Source: a virus. From it: 64,000 bases of DNA. Positions 30,250-38,400 of the stretch are shown piece after piece; positions within the stretch are counted from its first letter, which is position 1, and each line of letters begins with the position of its first letter. The notes under the pieces were generated by a model that saw nothing but the letters and a program-made list of their open reading frames with translations, was not told where the DNA came from and did not search any database. The stretch spans positions 47,352 through 111,351 of the IMG/VR virus record IMGVR_UViG_3300029249_000109; one strand, written 5' to 3'. The position numbers and the translations under genes were made by a program.

Positions 30250-30333
30250 TATGCCGGTATCGCTCAGCGGCTAGAGCACTGGGTTTATACCCCTTGGTCC
30301 AGATAAGACAGAGGCGCGGGTTCGAGTCCTGCT
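30243..30333 (+). tRNA. tRNA-like gene with canonical acceptor, D and T arms but an aberrant anticodon region (possible UAU anticodon on a weak stem, or a 14-nt loop) and a 13-20-nt extra region
   Basis: Acceptor gccggta/taccggc, A73, encoded CCA, D-stem gctc/gagc, T-arm gcggg-ttcgagt-cctgc. Between them, ctgggtttataccccttggtccagataagacagaggc does not form a standard 5-bp stem with a 7-nt loop. Confidence 0.35.
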
Positions 30334-30375
30334 ACCGGCACCATTTTAGTAACATTTTGAAAGAAGGTATGAATC

Positions 30376-30630
30376 ATGGCAAATCTGAATATCAAAGAAA
30401 TCGTTGAATGGATGATTGAAAAAGCGAAAGATAAGGCTTCCGATAGCATCGCAGTCATTGATGAAGGAGAAATCGTTAAAGAGTTCGGAGTGGAGTCTGG
30501 ATGGCTTCAGAGCCATGGTCCAGAGATTTATCACGAGTGTGATCAGCACTCAGAAGTTTTGGACTCTTTGATTTACACTGGAAACGATAGAGATTATTGG
30601 TCTATTCAGTTTACTATTAACAAGGAGTAA
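30376..30630 (+). CDS. Hypothetical protein
   Basis: RBS gaaagaaggtatgaatc. Confidence 0.5.
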   Translation: MANLNIKEIVEWMIEKAKDKASDSIAVIDEGEIVKEFGVESGWLQSHGPEIYHECDQHSEVLDSLIYTGNDRDYWSIQFTINKE

Positions 30631-30636
30631 ATTAAA

Positions 30637-31329
30637 ATGGATGACAAATATCTCAGCATCATCACGAACTTCGGTTGCCATTACAGCTGCCCTGAGTGTA
30701 TCGTCCGCAATAACAATCTTAAGATGACGCAGACAGAAGAGTATTCTTCCTATATGCAGTTGGAGCATGTTCTGAAAAACGAATGTAATGACTGCAATTG
30801 GGTGTCTGTGTCTGGTGGCGGTGACCCACTGTATCACTGGTGGGAACATCAGGCGTGGTGGACAGGATTCTTTTCGGTGTGTAAAGAACTTGGTCGCAAG
30901 ATTGAGTTACATACGAGCTATTATGATTTTGGTCATGATGATGGAATTTTAATGTTCCCATTCGAACGGTTTGATAGAGTTGTGTATCATTTGCATTGTG
31001 CAGAGGAGCTTTACCAGATTTGTCGCCGGGGGAAAGAAATCGTTCGAGTAGTATTCGTTGTGGACGATTCTATGGACGAATACGAAGTTAGCAAGATTTC
31101 AGCTATTGTTCAAGAAAGCGACGATATCGACGAGCTTACATTCCGGCAGTATGTAGATGAAAACTACAAAGAAACCTATCATCTGCACGGCCTCATGCTG
31201 GCGGGGCATAAAAAGGCTTGGTGGTATGTAACTCAGCGCGATTACAACACCTACTATCATAACGGTAAACTGTTCACGAAGTATACCGATATCTTTGATT
31301 CTGAGGTGGTAAGTCATGAAAAAACATAA
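30637..31329 (+). CDS. Radical SAM enzyme (QueE/NrdG-like small radical SAM)
   Basis: GCHYSCPEC is the CX3CX2C signature; VSVSGGGDPL is a GGE-type SAM-binding motif. 230 aa. Confidence 0.65.
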   Translation: MDDKYLSIITNFGCHYSCPECIVRNNNLKMTQTEEYSSYMQLEHVLKNECNDCNWVSVSGGGDPLYHWWEHQAWWTGFFSVCKELGRKIELHTSYYDFGHDDGILMFPFERFDRVVYHLHCAEELYQICRRGKEIVRVVFVVDDSMDEYEVSKISAIVQESDDIDELTFRQYVDENYKETYHLHGLMLAGHKKAWWYVTQRDYNTYYHNGKLFTKYTDIFDSEVVSHEKT

Positions 31330-31540
31330 AGATTTATTGCTGGCAGTCTGCGCATCAGTTGTTTCGTTTTTGAGTCTCGATGTCATTTCTGAGAAACTTT
31401 TACGGCACATCTCACTTGTTCAAATGGCGACAGGAAGTATAAGTTCTCTTTACGGACGTGTCAGCGAGCTGGCCCTTTCGGCATCTGTAGCTCTGTCGCT
31501 TGCGATTGGAGTTGTAGTATATATTCTATTCAAAAATTAA
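31316..31540 (+). CDS. Small membrane protein
   Basis: Hydrophobic 74-aa ORF. Confidence 0.45.
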   Translation: MKKHKDLLLAVCASVVSFLSLDVISEKLLRHISLVQMATGSISSLYGRVSELALSASVALSLAIGVVVYILFKN

Positions 31541-31552
31541 AAGGAGGAACAA

Positions 31553-32464
31553 ATGAAGAAGTTCAAAAAGATTTTCGTGGTTTCGTGTGCAATTGTGATG
31601 GCGATGACCTTTACGGGGTGTACCAAGAAAGAGGTGTATACAATTGAACCTCATGAAACTGCATTTCTGATTTCACTCTCTGAGGGCGGGGGAAAACAGG
31701 CGTCCTTTGAGAGTGAGGCAATGCTCGCCGAGGCAAAGGTAGCAGCCAAGCAGGTGTATATTACTTACTCGAAGCGACATCTGTCGCCGACTGACATCAT
31801 TGGTACTTGGGTTCCGGATAATATGTTGGTCGTCGTCAATAGAACTCCTGTTACTCGTGAATGGTCCGAGGGCAAGGATAGTGGCACCAGCACTGTCAAC
31901 CAGTCCATCTCTGCCGAAAGCAAGGAGTCCATTGGCTTCTCCGTCGGTATGAACTGCTCTGCTCAGATCTACACTGAAAATGATGCAGTCAAGTTCCTGT
32001 ATTCCTACAACAACAAGCAGCTCTCCGAGATTATGGATACTGAAATCCGTGCTCGTGTTGAAGCTGACTTTGTTGAGATGTGCGCCAAGTACACCATGAA
32101 TGAGATCCTTGAGAAGAAGGCCGAGATCATGGAGTATGTTCGCAAGGATGTGACTGAGTATTTTGCAGAGCGCGGTATCACGATTACTGTCCTTGGCATG
32201 AAGGATGGCATTGAGTACGACGATGCGTCTGTTCAGGCTGCTATTAACAAGTCCTTTGTGGCCGAGCGCAATGACGAAGCGCAGGAGATTGAGAATCAGA
32301 CCAAGATTTCCAAGGCGAACGCAGAAGCCGAGGCGAATAAAATCATCTCTGAGTCTCTGACTGACCGGCTGATTCAGCAGCAGATGTATGAAAAGTGGGA
32401 TGGTAAGCTTCCTACTTATGTCGGCGGTGATGCCAGTATCCCTGTACTGAACGATATGAAGTGA
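31553..32464 (+). CDS. Lipoprotein with an SPFH/band-7 (stomatin/prohibitin/HflC-like) domain
   Basis: Lipobox AMTFTGC. SPFH-like region with coiled-coil (...NEILEKKAEIMEYVRKDVTEYFAERGITITVLGMKD...AEAEANKIISESL). Confidence 0.6.
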   Translation: MKKFKKIFVVSCAIVMAMTFTGCTKKEVYTIEPHETAFLISLSEGGGKQASFESEAMLAEAKVAAKQVYITYSKRHLSPTDIIGTWVPDNMLVVVNRTPVTREWSEGKDSGTSTVNQSISAESKESIGFSVGMNCSAQIYTENDAVKFLYSYNNKQLSEIMDTEIRARVEADFVEMCAKYTMNEILEKKAEIMEYVRKDVTEYFAERGITITVLGMKDGIEYDDASVQAAINKSFVAERNDEAQEIENQTKISKANAEAEANKIISESLTDRLIQQQMYEKWDGKLPTYVGGDASIPVLNDMK

Positions 32465-32553
32465 CCCCGTCGGGACGGAGACGTTAAACCCGTGTCCTGA
32501 GATCAACACAAGATCTAAAAACTGTGTGGCAGCTCGGAAAGACGAGCAAGTAT

Positions 32554-32636
32554 GTTTCGGTGCTGGAATCGGCAGACAGGGGAGTCTCAAAAACTTCTGC
32601 GAAAGCATGTGGGTTCAAGTCCCATCCGAAACACCA
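32554..32636 (+). tRNA. tRNA-Leu (anticodon CAA)
   Basis: Acceptor gtttcgg/ccgaaac, A73, CCA, anticodon stem ggagt/acttc with loop ctCAAaa, long variable arm, T-loop ttcaagt. Confidence 0.75.
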
Positions 32637-32756
32637 TGGGTGAGTTGCGTCGCCCAAAAATCTCCTTTTCCTCACAAATGCTTAGTGGCTCATGGGTTCC
32701 AGACATGAATCACCGTGACTGAACAAGTCGTAGCAGGTACGCAATCCTGCTTTTGA

Positions 32757-32839
32757 GCGGAAGTGGTGGAACGGCAGACACGCTGGTTTTAGGCACCAGT
32801 TCTTTACGAGTGAGGGTTCAAATCCCTTCTTCCGCACCA
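32757..32839 (+). tRNA. tRNA-Leu (anticodon UAG)
   Basis: Acceptor gcggaag/cttccgc, A73, CCA, stem ctggt/accag with loop ttTAGgc, long variable arm. Confidence 0.75.
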
Positions 32840-32911
32840 TCGAGAATGAGCATCACACATCATTCCCGTCCCTATAGCCGCTTTACCTGGTCGCAACAGG
32901 TAAGGCATTAT

Positions 32912-32983
32912 GCAACCATCGTATAGTTGGTTAGTACGTTTTGTTCTTGACAAAGAGGACGAGTTCGATTCTCGTTGGTTGCT
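32912..32983 (+). tRNA. tRNA-Lys (anticodon CUU)
   Basis: Acceptor gcaacca/tggttgc, stem ttttg/caaag with loop ttCTTga, T-arm acgag-ttcgatt-ctcgt, no encoded CCA. Confidence 0.65.
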
Positions 32984-33102
32984 CCGATGCCCGCTTATAG
33001 GGTCTCATTCCTCCTATTCGGGCTTTACCTCTTTTCTTCCTTGTTATTCCCGGCTCCATGGCACATGCTGTGGCAATAAGGCGTAGTAAGCCGGGCTCTT
33101 GT

Positions 33103-33177
33103 GCAGCGGTCGTATAACGGTTAGTACATCGTCCTTCCAAGTCGATGGCGTGGGTTCGACTCCCATTCGCTGCTCCA
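33103..33177 (+). tRNA. tRNA-Gly (anticodon UCC)
   Basis: Acceptor gcagcgg/tcgctgc, anticodon loop ctTCCaa, T-loop ttcgact, CCA. Confidence 0.65.
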
Positions 33178-33485
33178 TGGTGTGCGACGGTTTGAGACTC
33201 CTACATACAAATCCAGCCGGGTAAGTCCGTCCACAACCGGTGTAGGTAGACAGCTTTGCCCATTAGGTCTCTAACAAAATGGGGAACAGAAAATCAGTTG
33301 TTTCAGCTCGATCGGGGATTGGCCGTTCATTGGCAAACGACAGGCATCACACCGGTAAATGATGCTGAGCCAAATAAGAAGGGAAATAAGGTGCAAGCCG
33401 AGTAGCTGTCGGACGAATACTCTTCAGGTAGCCAGTAAACTGGAACGTAAAACGAATGTTGGCTGTTTCTGATTTTCTTTTATAT

Positions 33486-33561
33486 GCGACTGTAGTTCAA
33501 TTGGTAGAGCGTCGGATTTCCATTCCGAATGTTGCGGGATCGTACCCCGTCAGTCGCTCCA
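33486..33561 (+). tRNA. tRNA-Gly (anticodon UCC), second copy
   Basis: Acceptor gcgactg/cagtcgc, stem tcgga/tccga with loop ttTCCat, T-arm gcggg-atcgtac-cccgt, CCA. Confidence 0.7.
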
Positions 33562-33564
33562 TAT

Positions 33565-33650
33565 GCTACCGTGGTGGAATGGCAGACACCGGAGACTTAA
33601 AATCTCCTGTTGGCAACAACGTGCCCGTTCAAGTCGGGTCGGTAGCACCA
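33565..33650 (+). tRNA. tRNA-Leu (anticodon UAA)
   Basis: Acceptor gctaccg/cggtagc, A73, CCA, stem ggaga/tctcc with loop ctTAAaa, long variable arm tgttggcaacaacgt. Confidence 0.75.
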
Positions 33651-33693
33651 TTGTTCGAATGTCAACACACAAAAATGAAAGGAACAAAGTATT

Positions 33694-34083
33694 ATGAATT
33701 CTATTATCAGTCCGTGGGTGTTTTATCTGATTGGTATGGCTGACACCATTCAGATTTTGGCGCTTTTCGCTTTTATTAGTTTTATTGCCATCTCTGGTTA
33801 TTTGTGGTTTGATTGGCTGGAAACTCGCAATCGCTATGGAGAAAAGGACGAAGACGTCTTAAAGGGACGCAAGACTGCCGTCAAGGTGTCAATTGCGACA
33901 ATTGTAAGTCTATTAGTCCTTGTCTTTACTCCTTCTTCCAAGACCTGTTATAAGATGCTCGCTGCTGATATGTTTACACAAGATAATATCAACAACGCAA
34001 CTGAATATGTCACTGATGTAATCGACTATGCAGTTGACAAAGCAAAAGAACTTAACCCTGCAACTGAAAATGAAAGGAGCTAA
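33694..34083 (+). CDS. Membrane protein
   Basis: TM segments; RBS aaaggaacaaagtatt. Confidence 0.5.
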   Translation: MNSIISPWVFYLIGMADTIQILALFAFISFIAISGYLWFDWLETRNRYGEKDEDVLKGRKTAVKVSIATIVSLLVLVFTPSSKTCYKMLAADMFTQDNINNATEYVTDVIDYAVDKAKELNPATENERS

Positions 34084-34088
34084 ACATT

Positions 34089-34355
34089 ATGATCATCATG
34101 TCACATGATGAGGTTCTCGAGACGATTCCGTTTATGTTTGTTTGTGAAACTCGGGAAGGCACTCGTTGGAACAGTGGCACTCGCCGTAGGCTCTGGAACG
34201 AACAGTTTACCAAACAGGAACAAGCGGCGTGTGCAAGTTTGTTTAAGAGAGCGCATGAGTGGGCGCTTATTCGCGGTGTTCCTGATGTTGTTCGAATGGA
34301 TCAGTCTACATATTGGCTGTGGATCAAGCTTGGCGAGTTTTGTGAAATGCTTTGA
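34089..34355 (+). CDS. Hypothetical protein
   Basis: ORF only. Confidence 0.45.
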   Translation: MIIMSHDEVLETIPFMFVCETREGTRWNSGTRRRLWNEQFTKQEQAACASLFKRAHEWALIRGVPDVVRMDQSTYWLWIKLGEFCEML

Positions 34356-34370
34356 TTAGGAGGTGCCAGT

Positions 34371-34628
34371 ATGGAGGTTTATGTCCTTTATGACTGTGTC
34401 GAAAATCCCGACGAATGGGCGTTTTCGGGTGTGGAACATGTTTATGCGAATCATGCAGACGCGGTAGATCGGATGCAAGATTTGTTCTTAGAGTGTTTGA
34501 ACGAACACGACATAAATGATGCAGAAAGTATGCAAGATACCTACATTGACGATTGGGGAGCGCGTGTTGCAGACGTTCCTGCTGGCTATCGTCACACATG
34601 GACAATTACGGAGGAGACAGTTGTATGA
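34371..34628 (+). CDS. Hypothetical protein
   Basis: RBS taggaggtgccagt. Confidence 0.5.
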   Translation: MEVYVLYDCVENPDEWAFSGVEHVYANHADAVDRMQDLFLECLNEHDINDAESMQDTYIDDWGARVADVPAGYRHTWTITEETVV

Positions 34629-34849
34629 AATACGATTTACATGTTGGACAATTAGTAAGAATCGGCAATGAAGTGTCTAAAACCGATGCGAATCGCCACA
34701 AAAGAGGGCGTATCGTAAGATTTAATGGAGATTGCCCAATCGTAGAGATGTTAGATCCATTTGAGAGTGGACAAACAACGATTACTTGGTGTCCGCAGAG
34801 ATTTTGGGAGCCGTGTCCAACAAAACTTACTTGCAAATCACTTTTGTGA
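34625..34849 (+). CDS. Small protein of the YK-x-K-VGDKVRIR-like paralog family ending in -TCKSLL (tag set)
   Basis: Start at MKYDLHVGQLVRIGNEV (ATGA overlap); C-terminus PTKLTCKSLL. Confidence 0.55.
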   Translation: MKYDLHVGQLVRIGNEVSKTDANRHKRGRIVRFNGDCPIVEMLDPFESGQTTITWCPQRFWEPCPTKLTCKSLL

Positions 34850-34866
34850 TTTTATTTTTTGCCACT

Positions 34867-34882
34867 AAACAGAAGAAGTAAA
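34867..34882 (+). promoter_or_regulatory. Copy of the recurring 16-bp motif AAACAGAAGAAGTAAA
   Basis: Exact 16-mer, 15 nt upstream of the ATG at 34897. Confidence 0.4.
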
Positions 34883-34896
34883 ATGGAGTGATGCTT

Positions 34897-35022
34897 ATGA
34901 ATATCAAGTATGTCGACGGCCACTATGAAATTGTATCGGCGGATAGTGGTCAGTTTATTCAGTCGGCCGATACATGGGACGAAGCTCTGGATGATATGAA
35001 GGAGCTACTGCAAACCGCATAA
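34897..35022 (+). CDS. Small hypothetical protein (41 aa)
   Basis: Translates to MNIKYVDGHYEIVSADSGQFIQSADTWDEALDDMKELLQTA; weak RBS. Confidence 0.35.
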   Translation: MNIKYVDGHYEIVSADSGQFIQSADTWDEALDDMKELLQTA

Positions 35023-35081
35023 GGTACAACGGGTGGTTGCCCGTTTACATATCAATCTTTAATTACAAAGGAGAAAAAATC

Positions 35082-35504
35082 ATGAAGGCTAATGTTAAGA
35101 TCAATACCCTGTTCGTCACTTCCGCTTACAATGTCGCCACCCTGAAGAAGGTCGAGAAGTTCCGTCCCGAGGCTCTGAAGCTGTATGAAGGCGAGGGCAA
35201 GGAGAAGAAGATTGTGAGCGCCATTGCTGTTGCTTCTAAGGATGATATCAGCAAGTTCGGCGTGGCTTTTGCTCAGGATGCAGTCACTGGCGATAAGGTT
35301 GCCGCTCTGAGCCGCCCTGTTCCTGCTGGCATGAAGTCCGAGGCAGAGATCAAGGAGTGGGTTCGCGACATGATCGGTCTGACTATCGTTCACGGCACCA
35401 AGATCGAGGAGCAGATCGCAGCCGCTATGGAGTCCATCAACGCTGATGAGGCCGCCATGAATGCTGCAATCACTATCGATGGTGAGGACGCAGACGCCGA
35501 GTAA
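35082..35504 (+). CDS. Hypothetical protein with GC3-rich (high-expression-like) codon usage
   Basis: RBS aaaggagaaaaaatc; 141 aa. Confidence 0.55.
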   Translation: MKANVKINTLFVTSAYNVATLKKVEKFRPEALKLYEGEGKEKKIVSAIAVASKDDISKFGVAFAQDAVTGDKVAALSRPVPAGMKSEAEIKEWVRDMIGLTIVHGTKIEEQIAAAMESINADEAAMNAAITIDGEDADAE

Positions 35505-35601
35505 GAGCGTCGCTGAGGTTCCACGCCGGATGTTCCTGCGCAATACGTCCGGCATTTTAACGAGTAAACGATATTTTTTAAATTAAAAAGGAGTACATAC
35601 T

Positions 35602-35841
35602 ATGATTAAGATTTGGGTTACCACTAATGACGACAAGATCGAGGACGTTGTTGCTACCAGCATGACCCCGAAGGACGTGTTCGCAAAGCATGGCGTGAAT
35701 TACGCAAATGGCCAGAGCACCCTGGATGGCTGCATTCTGACGGTGGCACAGCTGAACACTCCGCTGTCTGAGCTGGGCGTCGGCGATGAGGTGTATCTGG
35801 CCTCCATCTCCAAGCACGACAATGCGACTGGTATGAACTAA
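35602..35841 (+). CDS. Hypothetical protein with GC3-rich codon usage
   Basis: RBS aaaaaggagtacatact. Confidence 0.55.
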   Translation: MIKIWVTTNDDKIEDVVATSMTPKDVFAKHGVNYANGQSTLDGCILTVAQLNTPLSELGVGDEVYLASISKHDNATGMN

Positions 35842-35984
35842 TCGCACTGATTCGAAAATAAACAACTGAATTCGTTATTGGTTACAACGATATTCTAAAC
35901 ACTGCAGCCGCTGGCAGGCCGGTTAAAGTCTGCCTTATATGTGTCCAGTATCTGGGCTTTGAAATTAAATAGGAGGAAATACGT

Positions 35985-37502
35985 ATGGCTTTCACAGCTT
36001 ATTTCAGCAAGATCGGTTCGAGAGATTGCGACGAAGCATATCCGTTGATTCTGAATTGTGACAACAGCAATCTCAACGATAATGTGGTGTTGTCTGTACT
36101 GCGCGTTCTGATCAATGATGACCGCATTAAACATTCTATTTCGAGAGGACATTGCATTCAGTCGATTATTGATTGTCAGCAGTTCTATATGGGCGATGAC
36201 GAAAAGTTCACTAAGGACATGTTCGTTCATGAAGATAATGCTTTCAATCAGATGAAGTATGGCATCATGTTTCAGGCAATCGACGATAAGAAAGCAGACG
36301 CCATTATCTCTGAGTTCAAGAAGTATAATGCGGATTACGAAGCTGTCGGTTGGAAGATCATGGATGTTGCAGCTAAGTACATCGATAAGAATGGCAACGT
36401 CTATGTATATCAGAACGAAAAGAAGCAGGGTGTTGTCGTTGTTTGTGCCAAGAAGAATCTGATTCAGGCCATGCACATGGCGGCGAGTTGTTTGCCCAAT
36501 CTGATGCCGTGGCTTTTCGCGGATCAGCCGTTGACTGATGATGAGAAGGCAATGCTGCGCACTCTTTATGATCAGGACAACGAAGCTTTCGGCAAATACA
36601 TGGAGAAGGCATATGAGACCGGCGACTTCTATGGTAAGAAGTTGCGTGGCGCTCTGAAGGGATTTTGCAAGAAGGACTACGCCAACGAAATTTCTCGGCA
36701 GGAGCGATACATTCGTGAAATCCAAAATGATATCGAAGATAAATATAACGCTATCCGTGATAGAAATAAAAGTCTTGAAGAAGCTCAATTTAAACTTACT
36801 ATGATCATGGACCGTTCTTGCTGCACTGAGGATGACGAAGCTGCAATTGTTAATTTCCTGAAGCGCTGCAAGACGCTGGTTTATCTTGGCTCCGATAGTG
36901 ATCGAATCTATATTGGTTATGTTGGCACGCTGAACGATTGTGATGAGGGCGAGTTCCGCACTTGTGTTGAGAAAAAGGCAAATAGTCGAAGCTACATTTT
37001 TCAGCGTTCGCCGTATGACACGGAACTTACGAAAGATTTCTTTGTTTCAATTTGGAAGACCCATCGGTTCGCCATTCGCACCTACTGTGAATGGCGACTG
37101 TATTCCAGCTGCAAGGTTGAAGCAATTCGTGGTTCTGATATGCAAGGCCGCTCTGATTTAATGAAGGATCGTATTCGTCAGCCTCATATCGATCGGCATG
37201 CGTGCTATAGCGGTTATCGAGAGATGCTCAATGCGCTTAGTGTAAAACACGATTACATTGGCGTCCTGACTACGATTATTGGTTCAAGTGCATCTCTCAA
37301 CTGGAAGGATAGCACCGTTGTAAGCGATCTCATGTACGATTTGTTTGACGAATCCTATATCAAAACTCGGAAGTGTATCGAGGATAACGCGGGCAACCTG
37401 TACACGGTGGCAGAGGTGTTCGACATTCTTAAGAACGAGAAGAGCGCAGCAGCACCAGCAGAAGCAGTAAAGAAGGAGGTCGTTGAAGATGAAGCCCATT
37501 AA
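35985..37502 (+). CDS. Hypothetical large protein (505 aa) upstream of the JAB/E1 pair
   Basis: RBS ataggaggaaatacgt; no recognised motif. Confidence 0.55.
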   Translation: MAFTAYFSKIGSRDCDEAYPLILNCDNSNLNDNVVLSVLRVLINDDRIKHSISRGHCIQSIIDCQQFYMGDDEKFTKDMFVHEDNAFNQMKYGIMFQAIDDKKADAIISEFKKYNADYEAVGWKIMDVAAKYIDKNGNVYVYQNEKKQGVVVVCAKKNLIQAMHMAASCLPNLMPWLFADQPLTDDEKAMLRTLYDQDNEAFGKYMEKAYETGDFYGKKLRGALKGFCKKDYANEISRQERYIREIQNDIEDKYNAIRDRNKSLEEAQFKLTMIMDRSCCTEDDEAAIVNFLKRCKTLVYLGSDSDRIYIGYVGTLNDCDEGEFRTCVEKKANSRSYIFQRSPYDTELTKDFFVSIWKTHRFAIRTYCEWRLYSSCKVEAIRGSDMQGRSDLMKDRIRQPHIDRHACYSGYREMLNALSVKHDYIGVLTTIIGSSASLNWKDSTVVSDLMYDLFDESYIKTRKCIEDNAGNLYTVAEVFDILKNEKSAAAPAEAVKKEVVEDEAH

Positions 37503-38385
37503 CATCACGGAGCAGGTTGCAGCAGATATGGCACGAGAGTTCATTCAGGAACTGTATAAGACCGGTAGGGTTAAGACGGATTCCTTCTCATACAAGAAAA
37601 ATTTTGCGTCTGTTAAGAAGGACGCCGTCGAGGTGAATTTCACCTACGAAGCGTATTCTCAGATGTTTGCGTTGATTGATCACTTCGATTGTGAGGTTGC
37701 ATGGCGCGGCATCGTGAATCGCATCGATAAGACGCATTTTCAGATTACCAAGATTCTGCTGTATCCTCAGACTGTAACCGGCACTACCGTAGACACCGAT
37801 CAGGAAGAATTCTCAAAGTGGTTTCAGGCGCTGCCTGTTGAAACGATTCGCAACCTGAGATTTCAGGGACACAGCCATGTCGATTTCGGTGTAACGCCGA
37901 GCAGCCGCGATATGGAGGATCAGTGGCGATTCATTGACGGACTCAAGCCGACGAGTTATCAGATTTTTATGATCTGGAACAAGAAGCGGCAGTATAACGT
38001 TCGCGTCATTGATCTGGCCGACAATGTTATCTATGAGGGAGCCGATGTCAAGGTTACTGTTGGAGATTTTGACTCGACTCGATTTCTCGAGGATGCAGAC
38101 AAAACGGTTCGAAAGCGCCCTGTATATGTCGCAAGCACAGCCGCAAATTACGGAGCTTATGGAGCAGGCACCTATTATGGTAAAGCAGTTACGCCGCAAA
38201 AAACATACCCGCAAACAGTTGCCACGCAAACGCCAGTGCCGCAAATCAAGACGGTAACTGGTGCAGCGGCTCCGAAAGTCAAAGAAACGTCTGAGAGTCG
38301 GTATCCGCTGGTCAATTATTATAAGGAGAATCCAGAAGATCTTGATGCATGCTGGAATTCCAGCTGTTTCCCGTATGACAATTAA
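37483..38385 (+). CDS. JAB/MPN+ (JAMM) metallopeptidase
   Basis: GHSHVDFGVTPSSRD matches the JAMM motif H-x-H-x7-S-x2-D. Confidence 0.7.
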   Translation: MKMKPINITEQVAADMAREFIQELYKTGRVKTDSFSYKKNFASVKKDAVEVNFTYEAYSQMFALIDHFDCEVAWRGIVNRIDKTHFQITKILLYPQTVTGTTVDTDQEEFSKWFQALPVETIRNLRFQGHSHVDFGVTPSSRDMEDQWRFIDGLKPTSYQIFMIWNKKRQYNVRVIDLADNVIYEGADVKVTVGDFDSTRFLEDADKTVRKRPVYVASTAANYGAYGAGTYYGKAVTPQKTYPQTVATQTPVPQIKTVTGAAAPKVKETSESRYPLVNYYKENPEDLDACWNSSCFPYDN

Positions 38386-38400
38386 AGAAAGGACTACAAA

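Noticed and set aside
32637-32756. Possible additional tRNA between the two tRNA-Leu genes
   Set aside because: It contains a ggttcc segment but no acceptor/D/T-arm arrangement could be folded. Only a simple hairpin (tcatg-ggttccaga-catga) and a terminator-like gcagg...cctgc-tttt.
34840-34860. The C-terminal KSLL plus stop of the 34625 gene overlaps a DNA palindrome (aaatcac-tttt-gtgattt), suggesting the conserved gene ends might be a DNA/RNA hairpin (terminator or recombination site) rather than a peptide
   Set aside because: Other members encode the same five residues with different codons (AGT CTA TTA, AGT TTG CTG, TCA TTA TTA, TCG TTA CTG) and lack the palindrome. Conservation is therefore at the amino-acid level.
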